From the IMG/VR virus record IMGVR_UViG_3300036766_001162, positions 1 through 57,201 of that record: a stretch of 57,201 nt of DNA; one strand, given 5' to 3'. Source of the stretch: a virus (lineage: Duplodnaviria > Caudoviricetes). Both the position numbers and the translations under genes were made by a program. Shown piece by piece: positions 48,705 to 57,201 of this stretch (position 1 is the stretch's first letter; each line of letters begins with the position of its first letter). The notes under the pieces were generated by a model. That model searched no databases. It had not been told where the DNA came from and worked only from the letters and a program-made list of their open reading frames with translations.

Positions 48705-49267
48705 GCGGGCACGATCCGGCGGAGCCCCTGGAGCGTCCGTATGGCGCGATCGGGCATCGCGCGCTGCATGTAGGTGATCACCTCACCCGCCAGCGTCTTC
48801 GACTGCACGTCGATCCGATCCTTCGACTTGTAGACCAGCGCGCAGAGATCGATGCAGGTCTGCGCGATCATGGGTGGCAGCGTGTCGGCGTCGAACCCGG
48901 CGGTTCGGACGACGCGCACGTTCTGGACGCCCTTCGTGAAGCGGTAGCCCCGGAGATAGACCGCGACGTCATCGTGGACCCATCCGGCCGCGATGTCCGT
49001 CGGCGCCCGCGGGAGCGTGGCGCCGTCCACGGTGACCAGTTGCACGAGGGTCACTGGGACCTGCGGCAGGACGAGCGTCCAGCCGCCCGTACCGTTGAAC
49101 CGCGAGTCGTAGTCGTCCGCCAGCAACGGAGCGCCGATCTCCTGGACGATCCAGTCGGAGACGGCCGTGATGAGATCGCCGAGCAGTGCGTCGTCCGCGG
49201 TGCTCCCACTCGGGATTCCGAGGAACGTCTTGAGCTTCGGCAGCGTGCACAGGTCCCCCGCGGCCAT
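48701..49267 (-). CDS. Head-tail adaptor
   Basis: LCTLPKLKTFLGI..DDALL..LI, LPQVPV, AGF..P. Confidence 0.8.
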   Translation of the reverse strand: MAAGDLCTLPKLKTFLGIPSGSTADDALLGDLITAVSDWIVQEIGAPLLADDYDSRFNGTGGWTLVLPQVPVTLVQLVTVDGATLPRAPTDIAAGWVHDDVAVYLRGYRFTKGVQNVRVVRTAGFDADTLPPMIAQTCIDLCALVYKSKDRIDVQSKTLAGEVITYMQRAMPDRAIRTLQGLRRIVPA

Positions 49268-49270
49268 GGG

Positions 49271-49537
49271 TCACTCGGCCGCGTCCCCCTTGGTACGGCG
49301 CCGCTTGCCCGATTCGGGAGCCTCGGCGGAGTCCGGGGCGTCGGTCGCGTCCCCTTCCCCCGGCGCCACGGAGGCAACCGGCGCGGTGGGATCGGCCATC
49401 GGCGCGTGGCCGTGCCGCAGGAGTTCGCCCAAGGCTTCGTCGGGCAGGCCCGAGACGATCCCGTCCGGGTCGGGGGCATACTCCCGCCCCCAGAACCCGA
49501 ACGAGCACGCCTCAGGCTTGAGCTTCGCGCGGAACAT
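49271..49537 (-). CDS. Small protein downstream of the capsid gene
   Basis: 88 aa; position after the MCP. Confidence 0.6.
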   Translation of the reverse strand: MFRAKLKPEACSFGFWGREYAPDPDGIVSGLPDEALGELLRHGHAPMADPTAPVASVAPGEGDATDAPDSAEAPESGKRRRTKGDAAE

Positions 49538-49541
49538 CGGC

Positions 49542-51062
49542 CTACGCGATGCCCGGCTTGATGTTGTAGATCATGCCGAAGGCCGGCGGGAAGTAGCACT
49601 GGAGCACTTCGTTGCAGTACACGCCGTACTGGTACTTCGGCGTGGTCATCGGCCACTCGGTCTGGAACCACTCCCGGACCGCCTTCAACTGCAGGATGTT
49701 GCTGAAGTTGGCGGTCGCGTACGGGATCGTCTCCGTGAAGAACAGGATCATGCCGGGCGGCGCGTCGGGGTGCAGGATGATCTTGATCACTTTCCCGCCG
49801 CCGAGCGCCGTCTTGTTGATGTAGCCCGCAACCGAGCTGCCGCCGACCAGACCGGCCAAGCCGCCAGCGCCGATGTCCATGACGTTCCGGAACAGCGGCG
49901 CGCCACCGTTCTTCACGATCAGGTTGTTCAGATCGACGCACTGCTGGGACTGCATGATCATGTAGTCGGGGCTGAGCCGCGACGTGTCCCAGAAGGCCTG
50001 CAGCGCCGTGTTGATCTGGGCGCAGCCGCCCGCGTCGTCCGTGACGAGCTGGACGTTGTCGAGGGAGGCGACGTAGGAGCCAGAGCCAGACTTCGTGATG
50101 AACGAGATCAGGCCGTTGAAGACGTAGGGGTTGGCCGAGTGATCGGTCGCGAAGTTGGCGCCGACCGCGCCCGCGAACCCCGTGCCGACCGAGGGGGCCG
50201 TGACCGTGGCCGTAATGGTGTAGGCGTTGACCGTGACGATGGCGCCGAGGTTGCAGTTGGTGGTGGCATCGGCGCCCCAGAAGAGCGCGTAGGCGACGGC
50301 TCCGGGGACGGCGACCCAGGAGCAATCGATGCGGCCCGTGCTGCCCGAGGCGACCGTGGCCGTCCCGTCCGCGGACACGATCGAGGAGCCGGCATTCATG
50401 GTCGTAGTCGTGCCGCCATCGCCCGAGACGACGGCCTGCGTGACCGGAATCCCGAGCGTCAGGCTGGCCCGCTTGTAGCCCGCGAGCGTGAGCGCGACCG
50501 CGCGGACGTGGTAGGTGGCCGCCGCGAGGGTGCCTCCCGTGATGGCGCCCGTCTGCGTCACCGTCGTGCTGGTGCCGAGGGCGTTGGTGCCGTTGCCGCC
50601 GACGACGAGCTGCTCCTCGCCGATGCGCGCGGCCTTCAGCAGGTTGAGCGCCATGAGCGCCCGGATGTTGTCGAAGCCCTGCGCGGCCCACTCGGCCTGC
50701 CAGTCAGCGCTGGCCTCCAGGCCGACCGTGACGTAGGTGGCCGTGTTGCGGGTCGTGTTGACGTCCATCACGCCCGCGCGCGTCCCACTCGGCACGCCCA
50801 TCGGCAGGTTCGCCGTGTTGATGGCCGTGACGGAATCCCAGTTGGTCGCTGTGCCGCCGACGCCGGGCACGCGCGGGATCATGCGGATCAGCGGCGTGAT
50901 CTCGGGCACGGTGATCTTCGCCTGTGCCTCGAGGTCGTAGTAGTTGATCGGGCTGGTGCTCGTGCTCGGCAGCCCGAAGGTGGCCTTGGCCAGCATGTCG
51001 GGCGGCAGACTCCGCAGCACCGCATTCAGGTTCGCCAGGGCCTCGTTTCCCGTCTGGTTCAT
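49542..51062 (-). CDS. Major capsid protein (with a probable insertion domain)
   Basis: YDLE..ITPL..IPRV; C-terminal YGVY..EVL.CY.P; strong GAGGAGGAGG RBS; follows the protease gene. Confidence 0.85.
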   Translation of the reverse strand: MNQTGNEALANLNAVLRSLPPDMLAKATFGLPSTSTSPINYYDLEAQAKITVPEITPLIRMIPRVPGVGGTATNWDSVTAINTANLPMGVPSGTRAGVMDVNTTRNTATYVTVGLEASADWQAEWAAQGFDNIRALMALNLLKAARIGEEQLVVGGNGTNALGTSTTVTQTGAITGGTLAAATYHVRAVALTLAGYKRASLTLGIPVTQAVVSGDGGTTTTMNAGSSIVSADGTATVASGSTGRIDCSWVAVPGAVAYALFWGADATTNCNLGAIVTVNAYTITATVTAPSVGTGFAGAVGANFATDHSANPYVFNGLISFITKSGSGSYVASLDNVQLVTDDAGGCAQINTALQAFWDTSRLSPDYMIMQSQQCVDLNNLIVKNGGAPLFRNVMDIGAGGLAGLVGGSSVAGYINKTALGGGKVIKIILHPDAPPGMILFFTETIPYATANFSNILQLKAVREWFQTEWPMTTPKYQYGVYCNEVLQCYFPPAFGMIYNIKPGIA

Positions 51063-51098
51063 TGCGTCCTCCTCCTCATCCCATCCGTGGCGAACCGG

Positions 51099-52487
51099 TC
51101 AGGCCGTCGCCGCAGCGCCGATGGGGTACATCGGTCGCGGCGTGCGATGGGCGCGCTTCGTGAGTGCCAGGGCGCGCTCCATCGGGTCGGCGATCTTCGC
51201 GATGTTCGCGTCGCTCAGCGGATCGTCCACGGGATCGAGGCCGAGCGCCTTCTCGGCGGCGACACTGGCCACGCCCTTGCCGGGGCCCGGGCTGGTCTCG
51301 AGCGCCGCCAGCCGGGCGCCCTGCGCCTCGAGCGCCTTGGTGAGCGCGTCGCGCTGCGCCTTCGGCTCCGTCAGCGCGGTGGCGATGGCCTTCTCGACGG
51401 TCTCGCCGATCGCCTTCGTCACCGACTCGGTGAGGCCCTTCGTGAGGACCGTGTCGCGCTCGTCGAGCGCCGCCTTGAGTTGCGTGGCATCCATCTCCGC
51501 TCCCTCCACCGCGCCTACCGGCGCTGCCTTCGTCGCTGCGCAGTCGGCGCCCAAAGCGACCGACGTGTCGTGCATGCTGTTCAGCCGCTTCTGATCGGCG
51601 CTCGAGTTCCGCCGGCCACTCTTCTCGAGGCCGTCGGTGCGGGCCGCGAGGAGCGCCAGGCCCCCGGCGTCACCGGGCAGCGCGGCGGTCGCTTCCGCGA
51701 CCTCTTCTTCGGCCATCGCGACCAAGGCGTCGCCGAGCGCGCGGACGCTGGCGGCCAGGCGCGCCGGGACCGTGCTACCGTCGCCCTCGTAGTCCGCCTC
51801 GTCGGTGGCGTCCGACGTGAGCCAGCGCAAATCGTCGAGCAGAGAGGCCAGGCGCCCGACCGACCAGAGACCCTTCCCGAGCGGCGCGTCGGCCGCGAGC
51901 CCCGTGGCCATGAGCGCCGCGAGAGCTGCGGCCCCCCGATCCCGAAGCGCGACCAGCGCCGCGCGGGTCGGCGCGACCGCGGCGGGCGCCTGGAACTTCC
52001 GCAACTCCGTCGACCCGTCGGCCTTGAGCGCCTCGAACGTGGCGCCCACCATGCACGGGTTGTCGACCAGCGAGCCTTCGCTCGGCTTGGCGACGTACCG
52101 CGTGACGTTCTTCCGCGTCGCGTCGGGCTCGCGGCTGACATAGGCGCCGCCGAGCGAGAACCCGGTGTAGACGCCCTCCGCGCACTTCTGCCAGGCGGCC
52201 TCGTCGACGACCTTGGCGCCGACCCGGACCTTCTTCGCGGCGTCGTCGAAGTCCATCGCGATGAACTTCCCGGCCGCCGTCTGGCCGTGCATCTCGCGAA
52301 GATTGCCGAGGCTGACGCCGCCGGTGCGCTTTGCGAAATCATCGCTCCACGCCTGAAAATGCGGCTTTGAACCCGCGTAGTCGAAGATCTCGCGGACCTT
52401 GTCGACGGCCTCTTCAGCGAGAACGCCCCAGACCTCGCGGCGCTCCAGATCGACTTTGGTGATCGGAACGAAGAGCCGGCACTTCAT
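51099..52487 (-). CDS. Prohead protease/scaffold (XkdF/HK97-like)
   Basis: FVPITKVD..REVWG, LREMH, GVYTGFSLGG, EGSLVDNP; helical C-terminal half. Confidence 0.85.
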   Translation of the reverse strand: MKCRLFVPITKVDLERREVWGVLAEEAVDKVREIFDYAGSKPHFQAWSDDFAKRTGGVSLGNLREMHGQTAAGKFIAMDFDDAAKKVRVGAKVVDEAAWQKCAEGVYTGFSLGGAYVSREPDATRKNVTRYVAKPSEGSLVDNPCMVGATFEALKADGSTELRKFQAPAAVAPTRAALVALRDRGAAALAALMATGLAADAPLGKGLWSVGRLASLLDDLRWLTSDATDEADYEGDGSTVPARLAASVRALGDALVAMAEEEVAEATAALPGDAGGLALLAARTDGLEKSGRRNSSADQKRLNSMHDTSVALGADCAATKAAPVGAVEGAEMDATQLKAALDERDTVLTKGLTESVTKAIGETVEKAIATALTEPKAQRDALTKALEAQGARLAALETSPGPGKGVASVAAEKALGLDPVDDPLSDANIAKIADPMERALALTKRAHRTPRPMYPIGAAATA

Positions 52488-52517
52488 GTCCAGCCCTCGG
52501 CACCACGCCTATGCGCC

Positions 52518-52539
52518 TGCAGCCAGACTGCGGGGGTTG
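52518..52539 (-). promoter_or_regulatory. 22-bp motif copy 2 upstream of the prohead protease gene
   Basis: Identical to 7436-7457. Confidence 0.6.
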
Positions 52540-52636
52540 ATGCGCAAGTGGCGGGCGTGCCCTTCTGCCGCCTTTCTCGTGGGCACGGCCATCGGGCGAC
52601 GGATTCGTGCGACACCGTCCTGCGCCCGCGAGCGTG

Positions 52637-52981
52637 TCAGCCGAGGTCGTCTTGCACCACGATCGACACGTAGCCGCCGTCGGGGACGCTCTCGACGATG
52701 CCGCCGCTGTAGGTGATCTCCCACTGCGCTTGGAACACCCCGACGGCCGCGGTGCCCCCCGCTCCCCAGCCGTACTCGACGATGCCGTTCGGCGCATCGA
52801 TCACCGTGGCTGGAGCGCCGACGATCTGGGCCCCGCTGCCGGGGTCGCGCATGAGGAAGCGGACGGTGCCGCCCGTCAGGTCGACGGCGATGAACGTGCC
52901 CGAGCCTACCGGACTCTCCTTCTGCAGGGTCATCCGGATCGGCTTCGTATCGCGACGGTTCGTCTTGAAGGGTCGTGCCAT
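52637..52981 (-). CDS. BppU N-terminal-like small structural protein
   Basis: VDLTGGTVRFLMR..NGIVEYGW..GVFQAQWEITY..VP..GY. Confidence 0.75.
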   Translation of the reverse strand: MARPFKTNRRDTKPIRMTLQKESPVGSGTFIAVDLTGGTVRFLMRDPGSGAQIVGAPATVIDAPNGIVEYGWGAGGTAAVGVFQAQWEITYSGGIVESVPDGGYVSIVVQDDLG

Positions 52982-52983
52982 AG

Positions 52984-54540
52984 CTATGCAGCCTCCTCGA
53001 GCGTGATGGTGCGCGGTGTGCTGGGGGTCGCGCGAGTTCGGGACGGCACAAGGGTAGCGCGCGCCGCCGGCGTGGCGAGGAGTCCCTGCGTCTCGGGCGT
53101 GACCAGGACGGCCCGGCTGCGCGCGCGATGCTTCGCAACCAGCGTCGGGATGCCGGCGCCGGACCCCGTGCCACGGGCCGCGCCCGAAGTAGCGAGTGAC
53201 GCGGCGCCCGCGCCCGCGCCGGTGCCCGTGGCGACGCCGGTGTTGCCGGTCGTGCCGGTCGCCGTCCCGCCGCCCGCTCCCACACCGGCGGCCGCGCCGG
53301 CAGCCGCGAGCGAGGGGACGCCGCTGCTGACCCCACTGCCGGCTGATATCGCCAGGGCCCCGAGGCTCGGTTGTCCCGCGCCGGTGCCCACGCCCGCACA
53401 CAGGCCCGACGCCGAGACCGTCGGCGGCCCGGCCCCACTGCCCGTGCCCGTGCCCGTCGCCGCGCCGGTCGCCCCCGCCGCACCGGTGCCTGCCCCGACG
53501 CCCGCGGCCACGCCGCCGGCACGGACGGTGGGAGCCCCGGTCCCACCCCCAGTACCCGCGGCCGCGCCCGACCCGACGACCGTGGGGACGCCGTTCCCGC
53601 CCCCGACACCCGCGACGGTGCCCGGAGAGGCTACGGATGCGGCCCCGGCCCCGGCGCCCGTGCCGCTCCCCGCGCCCGAGCTGCCCGCGACGCCAGCCCC
53701 CGCGCCAAGCCCGATCGCCGCGCCACCCGCGGCCACCGATGGCGCGCCGCTGCCCGCCCCGCCTCCAGCCGCCGACCCCGCGCTCGAGACATTGATCCCG
53801 ATGCCGGTGCCCGTGCCCGTTCCACTCGAGCTCCCCGCGCTGGTCTCGGTGGCGCCACCGGTGCCCGTCCCGAGGCCGGCACTACTCGCCGTCGTGTCAA
53901 CAGTCGGTGGTCCGGTCCCGGCACCGATCCCCGTCCCGGCTCCGCCTGCCACGATCGATGGCGCGCCGGCGCCGGCACCGATGCCCGGCGCGCTCGCTGC
54001 CACCGAGAGGTTTCCCAGGCTGGCGGAGGCGGTGCCCGTGCCGGCACTGAGGCCCACCACGGAGATCGCGGCGCCGCCGGCGCCCGCGCCCCCCTGCGCG
54101 GCGCTAGCCCCAAGCGCGCCGACAAGCGCGCCGCTCGTCGCGGCGCCGAGACCGGCGCCACTGGCCGGGGTAGCCACCGTGGGTGGCCCGGTCCCCGCGC
54201 CGATCCCGGTCCCGGCGCCCCCGGCGACGATCGCAGGGAGGCCCCCCGTCGTCGCTCCAACGCCAGCGGCACTCGCCGTCGTCCCGAGGAGGAGGCCCGC
54301 GCCCGTCGCCACGCCAGTCCCCGTGCTGATCCCAACGGCCGCGAGTGACGCGCCCCCGCCGCCACTCCCGGTCGCGCCACTGAGACCGGCTGCGACAATG
54401 CGGGGAGTCCCCGTCCCCGCTCCGACAGCCACGGCGGCCGCGGGCGCCGAGAGCGTGGGCATCCCGCTCCCCATCCCGCCGCCCGCGCAGAGCCCGACAT
54501 CCTGCGCCTGGTTCACGGCGGCAAAGATGAGCAGCAGCAT
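52984..54540 (-). CDS. Gly/Ala/Thr-rich repetitive fibre-like protein
   Basis: Recurrent G-x-G-x-G-x-G-x-P units over about 470 aa. Confidence 0.75.
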   Translation of the reverse strand: MLLLIFAAVNQAQDVGLCAGGGMGSGMPTLSAPAAAVAVGAGTGTPRIVAAGLSGATGSGGGGASLAAVGISTGTGVATGAGLLLGTTASAAGVGATTGGLPAIVAGGAGTGIGAGTGPPTVATPASGAGLGAATSGALVGALGASAAQGGAGAGGAAISVVGLSAGTGTASASLGNLSVAASAPGIGAGAGAPSIVAGGAGTGIGAGTGPPTVDTTASSAGLGTGTGGATETSAGSSSGTGTGTGIGINVSSAGSAAGGGAGSGAPSVAAGGAAIGLGAGAGVAGSSGAGSGTGAGAGAASVASPGTVAGVGGGNGVPTVVGSGAAAGTGGGTGAPTVRAGGVAAGVGAGTGAAGATGAATGTGTGSGAGPPTVSASGLCAGVGTGAGQPSLGALAISAGSGVSSGVPSLAAAGAAAGVGAGGGTATGTTGNTGVATGTGAGAGAASLATSGAARGTGSGAGIPTLVAKHRARSRAVLVTPETQGLLATPAARATLVPSRTRATPSTPRTITLEEAA

Positions 54541-54580
54541 AGTGACTCGTCAGTTCAACGGAGGACGGAGGGACATGAGG

Positions 54581-55126
54581 TTACGGTCCCTGCACGAGGC
54601 GGAGGGAATCCGGCCGCTTCCCGATCCGGGACATTCGATTCACCCGGGGGAGGGTAGTCACTTCATCCACCGCCCAGTAGACGGACGCGCCATCAACATT
54701 GGTGCCCGTCGGGTTGCTCGCGTTGGTCGTCCCGGTGAAAATCCGGTACTCGCCGCACGCATCCATATCAGTGTCGGCGGTACTGCCTGTCGTCCCGTTG
54801 CACGCGATCGTGGTAAAACTGGCCGTGACCGTCCAGGTCCCCGCAGTCGGACGCTCCAACCCGGCGCATCGGACACAAAGGTGCTCTGCGCTCACCAGGT
54901 TGGTGACATTGATGGACCCGGGGTCCTGCAGGTCGCTGGCTACCTGCGACCGGGTGCCAACCAGCGCGATGCCGTTACCCGCGGTGATGGTGCCGTTCTC
55001 CTCAATGGCGAGGATGGCCCCCTTGACGATCTCGATAGCGGTGGAGCCGCGCCCGTAGGGCCGCACCTCGGCCGGGAGGCTGGGGCCAGCCGGGAGCGGC
55101 CCATTGAAGACCAGGAGCAAGCTCAT
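54581..55126 (-). CDS. Hypothetical structural protein
   Basis: 181 aa, beta-rich; ATGA coupling. Confidence 0.65.
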   Translation of the reverse strand: MSLLLVFNGPLPAGPSLPAEVRPYGRGSTAIEIVKGAILAIEENGTITAGNGIALVGTRSQVASDLQDPGSINVTNLVSAEHLCVRCAGLERPTAGTWTVTASFTTIACNGTTGSTADTDMDACGEYRIFTGTTNASNPTGTNVDGASVYWAVDEVTTLPRVNRMSRIGKRPDSLRLVQGP

Positions 55127-55599
55127 CCGCTCGTCATTTCCACATCACAGGTTGCGTTCGACAATAGTGGGACAGAGGCCCCAACAACGCGAATGACCAT
55201 GCGACTCCCCGCAGGCACCACAGCCCCAGTCGTCAGTTCCGCACTGCACGTACAGTTAGGCACCGTACAGCTCGATGTGGTGGTGCAGGTCAACGACGGA
55301 CTCAAATCCGCCGGAGTACACGCGGAGGTACTGCAGGCGCGCACCGTAAAAGACCGCGTATGCGTCCCCGGGCTGACATCCATCGCACACGCTAATCGCC
55401 AGATAACGAACTGCTGGGCCGTCACATAGTTAGTATTCGCGGCAGTTGTCGTTGTCGCCGCGATACCATCCAGTGACATGAACTGGGCCGCGGAGGAGGC
55501 AGGCAGGGCAATCACCGTGCTATGCATAATGAAGTTCTCCGCCCAGGAAGCCCCGCAGAAGAACAGCACCCCTACAATCCCCACAATGACGCGGTGCAT
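55123..55599 (-). CDS. Signal-peptide-bearing Cys-rich protein, paralogue B
   Basis: MHRVIVGIVGVLFFCGASWA|EN; shares PADLSPSLTCT with paralogue A. Confidence 0.8.
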   Translation of the reverse strand: MHRVIVGIVGVLFFCGASWAENFIMHSTVIALPASSAAQFMSLDGIAATTTTAANTNYVTAQQFVIWRLACAMDVSPGTHTRSFTVRACSTSACTPADLSPSLTCTTTSSCTVPNCTCSAELTTGAVVPAGSRMVIRVVGASVPLLSNATCDVEMTSG

Positions 55600-55600
55600 T

Positions 55601-56089
55601 TTAGTCGCTCGTGGCTTCCACGTCGCAGGTCCCGGTCGCCACCGCGATGCCGCTTTGGGCTACGGACTTTACAAATACGCTGGTCCCAGCCGCCACGGGA
55701 GACCCTGTACTCTCCCCCGTACACGTACAGGCGGGAACGGTACAGCTCGCCGAAATCGTACAGGTCAACGACGGACTCAAATCCGCCGGAGGAGTCGCCT
55801 GAGTACACGCAGACACACTACAACTAGACAGCGTAAATATCCGCGTAAATGCCCCTGGATTCACATCCACTGAGCACGCGAGGCGATACAATACCAGGTT
55901 GCGTGGAGTCACATACCCCGCATTTCCCGCCGCGCGCCCAATCGTGGTCGTTTGCCCGTAGACCCCCTGCAGGGGAAGATAATTTGCCGTCGTGGAATTT
56001 GGGAGCCCAATCGCCGTCGCATGGTACACGTAATTATCCGCACGGGCCGCCCCCGCGAGAACCCAGAGCAGGAGGAGCAGGCGTCGCAT
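55601..56089 (-). CDS. Signal-peptide-bearing Cys-rich protein, paralogue A
   Basis: MRRLLLLLWVLAGAARA|DN; 31-bp identity between 55761-55791 and 55286-55316. Confidence 0.8.
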   Translation of the reverse strand: MRRLLLLLWVLAGAARADNYVYHATAIGLPNSTTANYLPLQGVYGQTTTIGRAAGNAGYVTPRNLVLYRLACSVDVNPGAFTRIFTLSSCSVSACTQATPPADLSPSLTCTISASCTVPACTCTGESTGSPVAAGTSVFVKSVAQSGIAVATGTCDVEATSD

Positions 56090-57201
56090 CACATCACCGT
56101 GTCGTAGCTGACGTAGAGGGCGCACGTCCCTTGCGCGGCGGCGAGCGCCGTCCCCACGACCGATACCTGCTTCATATCCATCTGATCCCCCGCGGTGAAC
56201 GCAATCGGCGCACTGGCCGACCCCGCCGCGGGCGTGCAGGTCTTGATCGCATTCGTGATGGTGCAGAGCATCGTGGTGTCCGCCAAGTTCTTCCGCAGCG
56301 TGAACGCCCGCGTGCTGGTATTCGTGGGGGTGGCATTGATCTGACAGGTCATCTTCCAGACCGTGCCGCTCCCGACCATCACCTGCACTTCATTCGTCTC
56401 CGTCGCGCTCGTACCGTTCGAGGGGCCATCGAGCGGCGCATAGATCGTCTGCGCGCCCGTGGTCAGAATCGGGAATTGGCTGTTTTGGATGCCGCCATTC
56501 TGCAGCAGCAACGAGCCGAAGCTCCCCTGATAGTTGGCGATGTTCCCGGTCGAGGCTGGCGTGGTGAAATTGTGGATGTTGTTGTCCCCGATCGCGATGT
56601 TGGTGATGGTATTGAACGAGGTCGGGAACTTGATCGCCGTGGTCGCCGTAGCCGTCGCCGCATTGAGCGTGTTCCCCGCGATCTGCCACTGACTAATCCG
56701 CGTATTGCCCAGGCTGGCCGAGGACTGGAAGTCCAGCCATATGGTATTCTGTGCATTACTGAATATCTGATTCCCCAAAATGATGACATCTGCCTCAGCA
56801 CTGCCGAGGAGGGCATCATAGTCCAGATGGCGCAAATACGTCGTATCGGTGCGATACCCGCAGGTGCCGGGCGTCCCATTGTTGCCACAACAGAATGCGC
56901 CTCCTGTCGCGCACACCCCGATGGCATTGGCGCTATGGACCGTGTTGGCATTGCAGGCGTTGGCACCACCCGCACACTGCGAGACGGTACACGCCTGCCC
57001 AATCGCAGCCCCACTGCCAGCCCCCACCGTCGAACACTGCTGTACCGGGCCCACGCCGCCGTACATGATATTGTTGGAAAAGGAGGCGTGCTGCATCCCC
57101 AGTGCCACCATGGGCGACCCCAGGAATGCGATCATGGGGTCGGGATTGCACTTCTTGACCCCCGCATTGCAGCTCCCGGTGCAGTCCGCATCACTGAAGC
57201 A
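56089..57201 (-). CDS. C-terminal part of the junction-spanning about 1182-aa protein
   Basis: ORF 56089-57135 continues the frame from 2588. It has IILGNQI/IAGNTL/IGDNNI repeats, and its stop overlaps the next ATG (TGATG). Confidence 0.85.
   Translation of the reverse strand, partial: CFSDADCTGSCNAGVKKCNPDPMIAFLGSPMVALGMQHASFSNNIMYGGVGPVQQCSTVGAGSGAAIGQACTVSQCAGGANACNANTVHSANAIGVCATGGAFCCGNNGTPGTCGYRTDTTYLRHLDYDALLGSAEADVIILGNQIFSNAQNTIWLDFQSSASLGNTRISQWQIAGNTLNAATATATTAIKFPTSFNTITNIAIGDNNIHNFTTPASTGNIANYQGSFGSLLLQNGGIQNSQFPILTTGAQTIYAPLDGPSNGTSATETNEVQVMVGSGTVWKMTCQINATPTNTSTRAFTLRKNLADTTMLCTITNAIKTCTPAAGSASAPIAFTAGDQMDMKQVSVVGTALAAAQGTCALYVSYDTVM
57050..57201 (+). repeat. Terminal direct repeat copy 2
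   Basis: Matches 1-152 at 151/152 positions. It lies in the middle of a CDS. Confidence 0.95.

Noticed and set aside
49167-52370. 1067-aa + strand ORF
   Set aside because: Antisense shadow of the capsid and protease genes. Unlike the intein-internal ORF, it has no recognisable domain or clear RBS.
52607-55429. 940-aa Pro/Ala-rich + strand ORF
   Set aside because: Complement of the Gly/Ala-rich gene; it crosses several coupled minus-strand genes.
55123-56089. Diversity-generating retroelement TR/VR pair
   Set aside because: No reverse transcriptase was seen in the genome; the similarity is ordinary paralogy, with no evident adenine-specific pattern.

Overview
The window is a complete, circularly permuted genome of a GC-rich temperate tailed phage. 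Bases 1-152 repeat at 57050-57201 with one mismatch, so the unit length is about 57,049 bp. It carries terminase, portal, head, tail, lysis, replication, recombination and integration modules, plus one tRNA-Ser(UGA). Protein-family resemblance suggests a Candidatus Binatia/deltaproteobacterial-type host; this is inference and unverified. Headline finding: the portal-MuF fusion gene (3818-7309, -) contains a 364-aa intein (3956-5047) with no recognisable endonuclease on its own strand. The opposite strand, entirely inside the intein, encodes a 325-aa protein (4034-5011, +) with three HTH repeats and a Vsr/DUF559-like nuclease domain. That ORF has a perfect AGGAGG RBS and a TTGCTC-N17-TATAAA promoter written into the intein's C-terminal splicing codons. 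This looks like an intein whose homing endonuclease is a separately expressed antisense gene. Other notable features: (1) five Cys-rich proteins with Sec-type signal peptides inside the virion operons, one of which (about 1182 aa) spans the contig junction and is missed by the ORF track; (2) small genes joined by conserved junction repeats; (3) three leaderless promoters with identical geometry; (4) an SSB with a hydrophobic tail after DDIPF; (5) a catalytically degenerate HNH next to a 22-bp motif that recurs before the head genes. All family assignments come from motif recognition by eye; no searches were run.
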